The translations under genes were made by a program, and so were the position numbers. The notes under the pieces were generated by a model. The model saw only the letters and a program-made list of their open reading frames with translations, was not told the DNA's origin and did not search any database. Shown here in pieces: positions 11,831 to 25,195 of a stretch of 64,000 nucleotides of DNA; within the stretch, counting starts at the first letter, position 1, and each line of letters opens with the position of its first letter. Location: assembly GCA_030141605.1 (NCBI GenBank), contig JAQGDQ010000004.1, forward strand, positions 62,001-126,000, given 5' to 3'. This DNA is from Tubiluchus corallicola (taxonomy: Eukaryota; Animalia; Priapulida).

Positions 11831-12959
11831 GCTTGCTGCTCCTGTTGTTTTCATTATTTCCTGCGCCATTTTTAAACATTTTTGATTTTCAGTTTCAAAT
11901 AGTCAGTACAAGGAATCGGTTGTGTTCAACGAAACCGAAGCCATATGTTGTCTCTGACATACTGGCGCTTTAGCTCATACTTTTTTACAAACATTTACCC
12001 GCATGTGCATTTTTGCCGAGACTATAAAAGTGATGATGACGATGACGATTGGTGATGATGATTGTGGTGGCAGGAGTAGTATTTTTGGCGGCATCAGATA
12101 TCAGATGTCTAACATGCCAGTGATGTGCAAAGACCGCATCACCGTGGCATTATACACGGTGTTCCAAAAGAAACAGTTTATTAACAAATGCCATAGACAA
12201 TTATAATGTCATAATGGAGATTCATTTCAGGTTCATTTGGCATATTTCTGTTGTAATGGTTCTTTAGGAACAAATTTGTTACAACATACATGTTTGCCAC
12301 CTCGGCGCTCGTTAGAAGGGATTTTTAGTGGTTATAAATATTTTAAGTCAAAAAATGAAAATCGCAAATGACGTAGTATTTCATTTTTCGCTATTTGATT
12401 AGTTAATGCAATTTCTAATAGATAAAATTTGCCATTATCTATTAAAATTACTTGCCTATGGATGGTAATCCATTATTGCTTTTACTACTGCTTCCTAATT
12501 GACCAAAATGGGTTCCTAAATGATGTGGCTGATAAAACTCATAAAACAGAATTAAAATGGAGATGTAATATCACTTCATAAAGCTTCTATAAAATGAAAA
12601 GGCAGTAATGACTTTACGATGAAAGCCACAAAGTAAGATTTTGCAGAGTGCCGGCTGTAATCCAATGTAAATAGGCAGATATATTCGAGGGAGATATTGA
12701 AGATAACGCAGAAAATCTGCTAAGATTTATAAGCCTTTATATAGGCAATGATAACACGGTAGTTTGCAGAAAGTCTCAATTAAATTATAATCTGCACTTA
12801 CAGTGGAAAACGAAAATGTGTGTTGGCAAGAACCGTGCAGACCGTAATCGACAAAAAAGCAGACCAGATTAAGATCATACTGAACTACCATTAAAGCCTA
12901 TATTTAGTAAACCATCATTATATCGGCCTTCGGACATGCAAAATAGCTTGTATATTACA

Positions 12960-13290
12960 CAAATTGCAGCAGCCGTCCTGAAATTCTAAATAAGGTGATG
13001 TCATAGGTGTTTTTAAAAGCGTTATCTGTGAGTTCCTTCACTTTTAAAACCCATACTTAGACACCAAAATAGTCATCCTATAATCTGGCAGTCAGGTATG
13101 GGTTATATATTTGTTACCAACAGCAAATCCTGAAAATGATAGCCATATTGGAAGACTTTTGGTTGACCCCATACCCAAAATTTCCCTTGATGGGCTCTAG
13201 CATGGCGAAAGTTTCAAAGTTGGCAGCCATTTTGTTTTTAGGCGAAATAAGCGAGTTTTTCATCATAGCTAGATTATACATGCAGGTAAC
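12960..13290. mobile_element. Probable non-autonomous DNA-transposon fragment
   Basis: Recurrent GGCRGCCATNTTG-like motifs (about 13138, about 13221) and the segment acccatacttagacaccaaaat, typical of such elements in marine invertebrates; similar motif at about 17438. Family not identified. Confidence 0.35.
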
Positions 13291-15395
13291 CTGGAGGCCA
13301 TTTGTTTTTAGCCTATTGGACTGTTCAAGTCACTTTGCATCCTTTTTGGGGTTTAATAGCAGATGCTTAGATTCACAAGATCAAATTTATAAAAATAGTT
13401 TACTTTTTGTTTTTGTAACAAACGTAAGGGTAGGAGAAATGGATTCCTTACGTCCAACTACTATGGAATAGATGTCATAATCTCCTCTTAATATTAATTT
13501 TTTTTTTGAATTTCTGTTGATTTATACATTTAGTGATCATTATGTTTTTTGCCATTTTTGACCCTTTCCGCTAATTTTTCTTCACAGAATTTTATTGTGG
13601 TCTATTTCGTGTTAGAAAGATTCCGTTTCCCACGATAGCTAATAGCAGTTTTTGGTCTTGATAGTTGCATATTTGGTAACTAATTGTAATAAAAATTTAT
13701 TAAATGTAATAAAATCGTTGTTAAAGTTGAGAAGAGTTGTTAAAAAAAGCTGAGAGAAAGAAGATCAAGCGACAAGGCTAGAAAAAGGGGAGAAGATGTG
13801 GAGAAGGAAAATGAGAAGCCAAATACAACAGGCGAGAACGAAGAAAACGGGAATAAGGAGTGCAGCGAAAGAAAAAATGAGACGAATAGATAAAATACAA
13901 TGAGAGCAGAGTGAAAGAGCAAGAAAAAAGAAGTAGAAAGAGACTGGAATATTAAAAAAGAGAATCGCCACTTCGAATCGGTGCGGCAGCCTAGAGTATA
14001 CCACAACCCAGAAGACACCCAGGGTTATTCTAGCTAAGCTTGTTTTATATGCTAGCACGTTACATATCCTCGTTATAAATAATGGGTTAGGTCAGTACGT
14101 ATACGTCTCTAGTTCAGAATACACACCCTCGATCTTTTTCCTTGTACTAAGATATAATGTTTAATGAATTAAAAGTTTTCTTAATTAAATAATTATTTTC
14201 AGTGAAACAACAAAGAAATGTTCGGAAAATAGCAATAAGTATAGTGCAGAACCATATGTTAGACATTCCAGGGACACCCATAACTACAAAAAAAAACTAT
14301 GGTCGCAGTCTGAAAAGTTGCTATCAAAATGGTAGCAAGTAAATATGATATTTCTTAATCATTGAATTAAACCTAATGAGATAGCCAAACAATCGTGATT
14401 TTTTTCAACAAGTTACGTGTTTTTGACTATTAAATAATGATATTTTACATTATTGAGAATTCTGAAAAAAAACCAAAAATGAAATTAGAAATATGGTCAA
14501 ATTTCTCTGTTTTTTTCCTTACCAGTCCATAGCTCGTGCTCAAAACAAGAAAATGAACTTATTCGCTCGATCTGTTAATTACTTTTTTAATTATATATCA
14601 GTGACATTAGACCTGCTGAGTGCTCGTTGTCTAGGTGGCATTGCGGATGCTATGGGACAATTTGTGAGCCATTCCTAAAAATCCACGTTTGTAATTGCCC
14701 AGTGGATTTCGTAATAGTTGCTGAGTAGGCTTGGCAAGTGAAAGCAGTCGTCAGATTCGGAATGTCCAAGTTTGCTAAACACAAAGCGTCACATAGATAA
14801 ATCAGCATCACTTACCCGTGCCTGGCATTTAACAGTGGTTACTGCCGTATGTGTGAGAGCACTTACCCGTTCTTACGTGCAATAACAGCTCGTACAGTTT
14901 TCAAAGATCGCCTCTTTCAAATAAATGTATTTTTGTACAAAAAATGACTTACTTTAAAACTTTTCTTTAGGTTAGCTTTTTTGTTAGATGCGATGAAACT
15001 CCTTCTAACAAATTTTCTGTGAAAGTACATGCTTTAGCAAAACTTTATAAATAGTTTGCTTTATACAATTATCACGGATATTACAAATGATGATTATCTG
15101 GGATTGCAAAAATAGACAACAAGTCAGGAGATATACTCCCCATGAGAAATATATAATTTAGGATAGCACATTTTATACCAGGGAGTCTAAACTGTTTTAG
15201 CTTAACTAAATTATAAGCTAGGTCAGTAATTTAAGCCAACAATAAACCAATAAATTATAAGCTAAGTCAATAATAAGATAACCAGTATAAAACAACCCAA
15301 TCTAGAAAAAACATGGTTATATTATGAGAGGGGGTTAATCTGGGCTGCTACACCGGTTTTAAATTTCATCATCGCTTGAATTTCGACTGTCAATA

Positions 15396-15521
15396 CTAAC
15401 CTTAACCGTAGCCCTAACCCTACTCGTAACGGTAACCCTAATGCTGAAGCAACCCTAAACCTAACCCTAACCCTAACTTTAACTCTAATCTAGCCCTAAC
15501 CCTAACCCTAACCAACCCTAA
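15396..15521 (+). repeat. Degenerate interstitial telomere-like (CCCTAA)n array
   Basis: About 20 hexamer units, several perfect CCCTAA, others variant (CCGTAG, CTTTAA, CTCTAA). Confidence 0.85.
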
Positions 15522-16432
15522 TGCGACTTCCACTATCACTTTATTAGTACGTAATCAGTACGTCATGAAGCACTGACAGTTTTTACGACCAACTGCCCGG
15601 TAACGATCTGCGTTTACACTATAGTTAGTAACCGCGTTGCTGGCAAAATGGCGCAAAACCAGCCGCTCAGTTTCTAACATTCGCGTAGTAAAGGTCCACG
15701 CAAGTTATTATCACGTAAGGAGTATTTTGTGCCTAATTGGACAACACGTTTCTGTTCACGATGATAAACATCATCATCAAATTAGACATATTTCATTTTA
15801 ACGTGAAAGCATTTTCACGAAGTCACGACACCAGTTTTTTTATTACAGCAACCCTGCATGTAGCACAAAATTGACAGTTTAGATGCCGCATAACGCTAAT
15901 ACGGCAAGCAACATGACGGGGCTCGTGCATGAATGTGCCCTAATCTCGGTAGTTTATAAATTCATCTCCAAAGTGTATAAATTTTTTGCGTAGGCTTACA
16001 GATAATGAGTTCTGCTACGTAAAGTTCTATTCGTAAGTGTACCAATCCACTTTGCTGAAAAACATTAATCAGTCAAACATTAATTTCCTTAAAAATATAG
16101 CAATCAGTTTGCATTGCATCAATCCATGCGTCATAGAAGAGAATTAATTTTCAGCAAAAGTTATTTTAGAAATTCTTATTTCTGAACCTTCACTGACATT
16201 CACATAATATTTGCAGCATTGAAAGCAAAAGTACAATGTTTTTTTCCAGTAATAGTGATTTGAAAGGAAAACTAATCATAACTTTCACACCTTACATATA
16301 CGATAATTTTTTTTGCAATGAATAGCTGATTAATTGATTAGTTTATTAAAGGCAGACCATTCACGTGAATGAAAATGTTCCATATTTTGCGCAGTCAGTT
16401 AGCTCGTTAGTCAATGAGGTAGTCTATCATCT

Positions 16433-16590
16433 GTGAGTGAATGAGTGAGTGAGTGAGTGAGTCACTGAGTGAGATAGTCATACAGTCAGTCAGTCAGATT
16501 ACTCAGCTCAGATCAATCAGCTAATCACTCAATCGATAAATAGACTAACCAGCCGATGAACAGATCAACCGATACCTACGAGTCAGCTAA
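16433..16590. repeat. Degenerate tetranucleotide microsatellite (TGAG)n/(CAGT)n/(ATCA)n
   Basis: Directly visible. Confidence 0.75.
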
Positions 16591-17859
16591 CCAACAAAAA
16601 ATAAAATTAATGCTTTTGCCAAAAACGGTCTTATATTTGAGTGATCAAATAAAAATTTTAATTGTTTCTTAACTGCATTTTTTATAGACAAAGTAAATTT
16701 ACTGAGCGATCTTTGAGGATATGCAATTTGTTCAGTATTCTAAACTATATTATCCTCTTCAACTATGATGGCTTATACATAAGTGGTTGCATGAATGACC
16801 ATTTTAAAATTATTTAGCACTACTAAGATCAATTTTAACATAAAGTTGCTAACGAAAATAAATAATTTATTTTACAACGGAATGTTTTTTAATTGATGGG
16901 AGAGCCCGGTGCATATGTACCAGGTTCTCTAGGATCGAATATTCGAATTTACTCAAAATCAAATTAATTTTAGTGGATTTACAGCGCGCATTTATAAGAC
17001 TTTCCCCTTTGAGTACATGTCATGTAATCTGCAAGAATCACTTCTTATTATATTATTTTGCTTCCTTGAAATATAACAGTAAGCCCGTTGCATAATAACG
17101 AGGCTTTCGGAATTTTAACTTCGAATAAGTTACAAAGAATAAGTTTAAATGGTTTTAATTTCAAACAATTTTTTATAAATGTCTTGTTGGAATTAGCCAT
17201 AGCCCTACGTTGTCTTCACGTCCCTAATATCATTTGTCTCAACTCTAACGTGTTGCTAAAACAAATATGTTAGGTAAGAGCCAGCGATTATAAAAATCAT
17301 AAAATGTACAAAAAACGTGCAACGAGATAGTCATTTGTTAACGACAGCGAACGGACCACAATGGAGGAAACGTTTTGTTTTTATGTATCCAAAAAAAAAA
17401 TACATTGCTATTCTATTATTTTCTTCAGCCCACTTCTAGCCGCTATATTGGAACTTATTAAAACTTTTTTTAAGATCGCTGCAAGAATGATTGATAAAAA
17501 CGTAAAATATAACTCAAGAATCTTTTACGAACTTCGGCATACGTTTTCTAAAATCATACTCACAAAATCGTTAATCATCAATTGAAATTCACCAATTTAG
17601 CTTTTACTTCACAAGCAGTTTGAAGTTTTTGGCTCATACAGGGTGAGTTTGATCGATTTTCTATTCCTGGTGGTAACAGGATGCAGCAGCAACAGCTACG
17701 GATGAATGAACTACTATTACAGAACTGTTGTATGTTGCAAAGAAGAGTTTAATGTTTACGTTTGGGTGTGACTGTGGCTACTGGTGAACGCTGTTTTACA
17801 AACGTATAGTTGCTGTTTTTTCCATCTGAGTTAGTACATTAATTGAACAAGAACACAAA

Positions 17860-17911
17860 ATGAAGGAAATTTGTTTAACCGTTTTACTGCTTCTAGCCTT
17901 TGTTACACTTG
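17860..17911 (+). CDS. Ly6/uPAR three-finger (quiver/sleepless-like) gene, coding exon 1: signal peptide
   Basis: AAAATG start; MKEICLTVLLLLAFVTL+G (52 nt) then GTGAGT donor; phase 1 matches exon 2 and gives a cleavage site VGA|IECY. Confidence 0.8.
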
Positions 17912-20900
17912 GTGAGTGGCTATACGCTTATTTTGAGTGCAACATTTAAAAACCATTACACAGTGTACTCTTTGCTTAGCTAAATTCTCGTTGATAATAG
18001 CTATGATTGAGCTTTTACCATGTAGTACACAAGAACATAGATGTCACAAATGCGAAAATCTAAAGAAATTAACATATATAACAACTTATCCAAATGTAGC
18101 GTTATCTGCAAGAGTTCAGCGCATTTGATCGATATTTTAGTTATTATAATCATTAAAATACCAATACACATAATCATGTGTAATTATACCAAACTTAAGT
18201 TTACGTGTTGAGGTGTAGCAGGCTACTTGATAACATCTAGTAAAAATTTGGTTTATAGGCGTTGGACTGTGCAAGTAGTCAGCCTCTCAAGTCTGTGCAT
18301 AGGCCGTGCTCAAATCATGACAAAAGTAACCACTAATCAGTCTAGGTGTTTATTGCAAGGTGCATCAGTATTTCGAAGAATCTAATTTAGAAAAATATTA
18401 TAGAACTGTAGTTTTTTATATATGTGTATGTGTGCGTGTGTGTGTGCGTGCGCATGTGCATGTGCGTGTATGTAACCGTATGTCTTTATCCGTACTTATT
18501 TTGTACACTGAGCTAGTTAGCAGTTTGTTAAGTTAAATAGACAACAACACTACTTACATACACATACATATAAAATAGCAAACCGTTAATGCAAAGATTT
18601 TACACATTTTTAACATGCAGTCATTAAATGGTCCTTAAATAGCTAACGATTATTTTCAATATTTTCAATTGCTCTCTATTAAATTTAGGTCCATTCCATA
18701 TATACCTTCATATATAAACACTCCTTAATCGCATTAGTATGTACCATGTTCTCTTGCATTGTATACCATGTGCACTTATCAATATGCTTCATGAAAACAC
18801 TTGAGTTTAATTTCTCTACATAAAAATATCTACACTAATGACATTTAATAAGTCACTCAGTTATTTTATATCAACTCCAGTAATGCTCCTAGTCACTATA
18901 TATATAGATATTGCACCGTTTGATTTGTGGATTCCAAATACCGCTTTATGAATCTCAGACTTTTTACAGAAATCTGACAATTCGGAGGATACAGTCTAGT
19001 GGTACAGGTAAAAAATTTTTGTGGGTGTGCCGTGGCAAACGAACATTCTACGTATGTTCATTCAACGTATGTTCGTTTGCCATGAACGGTTCCAATAGAC
19101 TTTGTATCCAACCACAAAGCCTGACTTCCATAGTACGATGAAGAGTGCGTTTGTATAATTTTCGTTAGTATGGTTTGTACATTAGTTTATCACTATGATC
19201 ACACTCGTTTAATTGGCATATTGAAGAGCTAGAGCTGGTTAATACTTTCGCGAGCGTATACCTTATAAAAATTTGTGTAGCAGGATGTTTTAGTCAGCTG
19301 TTAGAATTTTAGATGTTGCTTCTCATCACACTGGCATGTGTTTGTTTCTGTTCATCTAGAGACCATCTCCTGTAATTAAGCATATAATTCAGTTTTAAAA
19401 GTGGCAAAAATTTTGCTTTTGTTACAAACTTGCAAAAACAGCATATATATGGTGCAGCTAATAAAATACTTCCACAGAAGATTTAGTTTTGTTACTCAGA
19501 CCCACACTGAGGCAATGTAACAAATTTCTTGAAACCAAATATAAACAACTAGATTATCAGCAATTACTTCAGTTTGTGCAACCGGCATGCATATAAGTTG
19601 TTAACATACCACATTATGTTGCGTTCGAATACTAAAATAGATACATACAGGAGTATGGTAATGCATTCACTCTTATTTATCTGAAGCTCATTGTTTTCGG
19701 TATTTTGGGGTAGATACATCACAGCTGTGCTGCATTTATTAAGCTCATTAAAAAGTTTTGTACCTCTTCGGTTGCAAAAATTATTGTGCATTTATGGTGA
19801 ACCTGTGCTGTGCATGTGCATTGAGATAATTGTTATGAAATTAAAAATATTCTTGTAAAATTCATTTTATGATAATCATGAACAGTCGTCTGCATCTACT
19901 TTTTTACAGTGGAGTTGAAAACTCAGCATTGAAATCATATACCCTCCAACTGTATATACGCCATGTCTAATTAGTCTTCACATTCATTATACATGTTTTG
20001 CTAAATTTAGGATTGGAATTTACAAAAGGACATTATATTGACAAGATATAGATGTTTATAAACTCTGCAATACAATAAACTAATAATAAGTCTATCGAGA
20101 ATGTTTTGTAAAAATGTTTTGAATTCACCCTCAAATTTTCAAATTTACAAAATCGAGTAAATTTACTCATTTTAGGATCATGCAAATGATAAACCCATGA
20201 AAATTTTGCAGACAACGCACATTTCTCTAGGTCTTATCGGAAACCAGTTCAAGAAAAATTGTTTACTCTTGGGTGGGATAGCGAAAATTACTTTGTTAAG
20301 TTGAATTATATTTAAAAAATACAATGAAGATAAACTATCTTTGTCCTGTCTCCGTCGCTCTCGCCCTTCCTTTCTTTGTCTCTCCCTTTCTGTGTGCCGC
20401 CTGCCCCCCTCTCTCTCACTCACTCAGTCACTCAAGTTACTTGATTAAAGTCACTTGTTTCACACCGAGTTAGTATGCTTAGTAGTAACCATTGAGAAAG
20501 CGAGTTTAGATGCACTAACGTAAACCAGTAAAGTTGCAGAATTTTCTAACGATAAACTGATGTCTTATTTCTGAGTAAAAATTCTTTTCCCGCACTTAAC
20601 TAATGAAACAATTTCAGAATTAATGGCCTAGCTATGAGAATCTCACCAATCCCAAGAATCTTTTGTGTGTATGCCAAGTTCATTTTGATGGCAAAAAGCG
20701 TGTGATGTAATAACAGAATTATGCATTCGGCTGCGTGCTTCAGTAATAATTAACATGATTAGAAGAACATCTGTGAGTAACACCAATTATATGAGTATGC
20801 TGTAGAACGTAAGAAATTCGCAATGATTTATTCTATATTATCTGATAATGTAACTGTACGCCATATTGCTGTTTGTGCTGTTATTGTTGTTTCCACGCTG

Positions 20901-22603
20901 TTCCCTTATGAAGAATGCTACTTAGCTTTTAACCCAGTCCTGTATATGGCATTCCATTAAAGTAGTTGTAAAATAGTATACAGAAGACAGCTAACTTAGC
21001 AGCATACAAAAACTTCGCTTGAGTTCACAGCAAATCATTTTATGACTGTACATGTTAATAAGATGTAATATGTTGCATACACCTGAATGGTTATGTTAAA
21101 ATACGTCAGAATAACTAAATTACGTATACACCTACATGGTTATGTCCACTTAACTGCCAATATTAAGTTCCATTTAACCATAAAACAGTATTTCTTAATA
21201 TCTATAAGTGATGCGCGATTTGAATAAGAGAAAGGATAGTCGATAACTTTTATAATGTTATCATGTTAATGTTGTCTGTTCTCACTACGCACCAGAGGCC
21301 TCGTTTTCTGTGTTTCCAATTTGATTATTGGGAATCAACATTATTAAGCTATTGTTAGTTAGGCGCTTATTGTTTTAGCTTTAATTATAGTAGATATATT
21401 TGTATTTTTGGCTGCGTATGTTGTTATAACAATGCATTGCATAGTTGCTGTTACAATTACTTTATACCGTTTCACTTATAGATGCGCATTATTGTTAAAT
21501 AGTGATGCACTGAAGTCTGTAGCTCTGTAGCTGAGCAGCCAAATGGATGCCAGCAAGTCTTTTAGTCTTTCTCCTTCCTGTAGATTAAACTGCTTACTAG
21601 ACGTCTGATTGCAATTGACTGTGAATAAATTTGTATTGAATCGTAAAAAATATTTGCAACGGTTTACTATAGAATGATACTGAAAATCGTAATGAAATCA
21701 AAAGCAACTTCACGAAAGTGTGAGTGTTTTGATCATGTTATTTTAAAAGCCGAAACACTACGTGGATAAACATGTATGTTTGATATTTCTTGGGGTGCCT
21801 GGGTTGTGGAAGCATTTGCAGGCAATACTCACCATTTTGGAGCCCACGACCTCAGTATCTGCAAGTTTAGTACCCACAACCTAGCAATTGCTCAGCACTC
21901 GCAATGACGTTTGTCAAAAATGCGCGTTCGTTAACGTAGTGTCAGCACATTCGTACTGGAGAACTGAATGAGTTTAATTGAATGAGAAAGTGAGAGAGTG
22001 AAGTTCCACCCGAATAAAAGTACGCCTTAAAACAGCTAATTACAGCATGTGCTAAAATTTCATCCTGGTTTCGACAAAGTTGCACACAAATTTACTCATA
22101 AACTAAAGTAAAAATTAAACCCCCTGTATTACAGATACACTGACCAGTTGCTTAGTCAGAATGTCTGCCATCGGAATTTCCAAGAATTTGTAACTAATAG
22201 GTTAATTATTTAAAGAACAGAAGTTTTTGTTAAAGGTGTACCTTATGGTAGCCCAGCTGAGTAAAACTTTTCAACTCGAATGGCCTACCATCAGAATTTC
22301 TAAAATTTAAATCTGCTAGATTATTTAAAAAAATTGTTGCCGTTTGTTAACAGTGCGTGACAGAGTATGATGTATTGTATTATAATTGTAGTCACTCTCC
22401 ACATTATCAAAAGCCAATAGTTCTAATCTAATGGTGTTTTTCAAGCATTATAAGCAGTTGTGTGCTAGCAAAATTCATCTTATGTTTAGAAATCATTTTA
22501 AGTGATTCGGATTATGGTGAACGTGCTCATAATATATCGGGTCTTGTTGCCTGTTAAATAATTAATGAGAGTAAACTTTTATCTTCGTTGTTTTCTGTTG
22601 CAG

Positions 22604-22678
22604 GCGTGGGAGCGATTGAATGCTATAACTGCGAATATGGAATGGAAAACAAAGGAAATTTTTTTGATAAAATTGGCG
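22604..22678 (+). CDS. Ly6/three-finger gene, exon 2
   Basis: ttttctgttgcag acceptor; (G)VGAIECYNCEYGMENKGNFFDKIG; GTAAGC donor; phase 1-1; canonical IxCYxC start of the LU domain. Confidence 0.9.
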
Positions 22679-22786
22679 GTAAGCAAAAGTAAAAGTGATT
22701 AGATTTCATCTAATTATTTGCTTCTCATAAAACTACAAACAGGCCTATACTTGCCTATCTTTGATTGTTTGTTGTTGTTATTTGAC

Positions 22787-23118
<332 letters not shown>

Positions 23119-23326
23119 TTTCGTTTAGGATTTAAGAAGCTCAATACTTATTTGCAAGGTGGTCCCGATTATTACTGCCACCGTGTTAATACGATAAAAT
23201 CGCGTGCTTGGATGAAGAAGCAGTGGTACCATTTTTTTAAATCTTTGGTATGACTCTGTCAGGAGTTGAACTCCCGAACTCCTGGGTAGGAAGCGATGAC
23301 GCTACCACTGAGTTATGTCCCTCGGT
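23119..23326 (-). mobile_element. tRNA-derived SINE with MetaSINE-like central domain, in intron 2 of the Ly6 gene
   Basis: - strand A box TAACTCAGTGG (23315..23305), B box GAGTTCAACTCC (about 23273..23262), then GTCATACCAAAGATTTAAAAAAATGGTACCACTGC, matching the recalled Meta domain consensus; ends in (ATT)n. Confidence 0.8.
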
Positions 23327-23509
23327 CAGTATCGTGTTATAGGTATATGCAACAACTTTTCTCATAAACCATTTGTGTAGAACGTATGCTTATGCTGCAA
23401 AATCCATACTAGTGAAATTTCTCGAAAGTTTCTCAAGTGACTATAGTTGTGGTATTTTGGCATGTGAAGTAAATTTTTTCATTGTATTTTATGTGCAACA
23501 TTTTTTCAG

Positions 23510-23641
23510 GCTTTTTTGAAGATATTTTCTTACCAGATGACGAGAGATGCCTCGATGAGTTTTCTGTGCCGAAACACGACAAAACATACAAATACAAATG
23601 CCCCGGATCATGTATGAAAGTCCAGATAACTTCAAGCAATG
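23510..23641 (+). CDS. Ly6/three-finger gene, exon 3
   Basis: ttttttcag acceptor (second in-frame acceptor opening at 23537); GFFEDIFLPDDERCLDEF...YKCPGSCMKVQITSSN; GTAAGA donor; phase 1-1. Confidence 0.88.
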
Positions 23642-24995
23642 GTAAGAAGTATTTTGCTGAGTTCTTGTTATATTTTGTCAATTTGCGGCCGTTTTATTCT
23701 ATAGGTATTGCAAACTGTAATAACCCTATAATTATTATAATTATTAAGAGCTAATTGCAAGGGTTTTAACTGGTAAAATTTAAAAAAAACAGCAAAATGT
23801 GGCAAATTTTGAGAAAGGTGAGATGACGTTTATGAAAGCTAATCTTATTCCTACATTGATGCATTGACAACTCCAACGTAGAAGTTGCAGGCACAAATAC
23901 CCAGAAAAAATCTTACTTAAAGGACAAGAAAAGGGGCACCTGAAGTAGGTTTCAGAAAAATCGACTTAAAAAACTGTACTACTTTACAGCGATTTTATGC
24001 ATATATCATATTCGCGTTGAAAATAATTTTCGTTTGTTTTCATTTTAAATCTACTGCAATACTGTTCCGACGGCGCCATTACATGACGTCACTACGCCAC
24101 GTAAATCAGGGGAAGAAAAGGCAATGTTAAATTATGACCCAAAAAAACTTCCGTCAAATCTATATTACTTAGCATTTCACTTACCTGCTGGAAAGGCTTA
24201 TGTAACTAGACTAATAATTTAAAATGTTTGTGCCAATTGGTAAAAGGTCGCTGACTCATGTTCCAGGGTAGCGCCACTCACTAGCCAGAAACGTATTTTT
24301 AATCTTATTGACAAGATACGGTAATTTTAAATTTTACTTAATTATCAACATGTATGTTACGAATGCTCTGATTATTTTTTTCAAACTCTACTTAATGTTA
24401 TCAAAACTTGTTTCAAACGACCTACCATTAAAATGGCTGCGCCTAACGGTCATCGCGGGAGTTTAAGTTACACGTTTTATACAGCGTTACGGTCTGTGCA
24501 AGCCATGCATACGAAAAGGTAGTATGTAAGTGGTATAAAATTTTGAGATGAATTTTTTAAGCTTTATGTAAGTGGAGGGTTTTCTTGTGCTTTAAATCTT
24601 GTGTGACTCCCACCTATTCTATAAAAAATCAATAATTATTGAGCTAATTTCAAGTGATCGCAAAAATGGACGAGTTCTTGTCGACAAACAGACCTTGTAC
24701 CGGACCCTGGATCTCACAGAAAACAAACTACGATCAAGTTTGTTATGCTTATTAGATCAGTAACGGGATCAGCGTCTAAATTAGTACACTATACATACCC
24801 GACGCAGTCCCTGGACCGTTGAGGACCTAACACGTTCACAATGGTGGCATAACGACCCACAAAATGGTAAAAGCTCCCATGCAAGTACATATAAATCCAA
24901 AGACTTGGTGCATTTAAGAATTGCCATTTCTATAAGGTAATGATCATTGGCTACATTTTTTGACGATACATTTACATGCTTTAATTATAATTCAG

Positions 24996-25195
24996 GTAAA
25001 GAAGGGGTGCGACGAGTCTGCTATCCTACAAAACAAAAAACTGGCTGTTCTGGACAAGGAACAACGGAGGAAGGAGGTGACAAGAAAACTATTTGTTATT
25101 GTAATTCTGACCTTTGCAATGTTGCTTCATACACAACAACACATGTGCTAATTGTAGTGATATCAGCTATATTGGCGGTAATGAACAGCATATAA
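24996..25195 (+). CDS. Ly6/three-finger gene, exon 4 (LU C-terminus and GPI signal)
   Basis: ttcag acceptor; GKEGVRRVCYP...TGC...ICYCNSDLCN then hydrophobic tail VLIVVISAILAVMNSI*. Spliced CDS is 459 nt = 152 aa with 10 Cys. AATAAA at about 25269 and about 25768. Confidence 0.92.

Noticed and set aside
17860-17911. Both genes have a 52-nt phase-1 signal-peptide exon
   Set aside because: No sequence similarity; this layout is common among secreted-protein genes.
22140-22360. Diverged about 118-bp tandem duplication (also short ones at 1227..1312 and 15208..15290)
   Set aside because: Ordinary local duplications in non-coding DNA with no sign of function.
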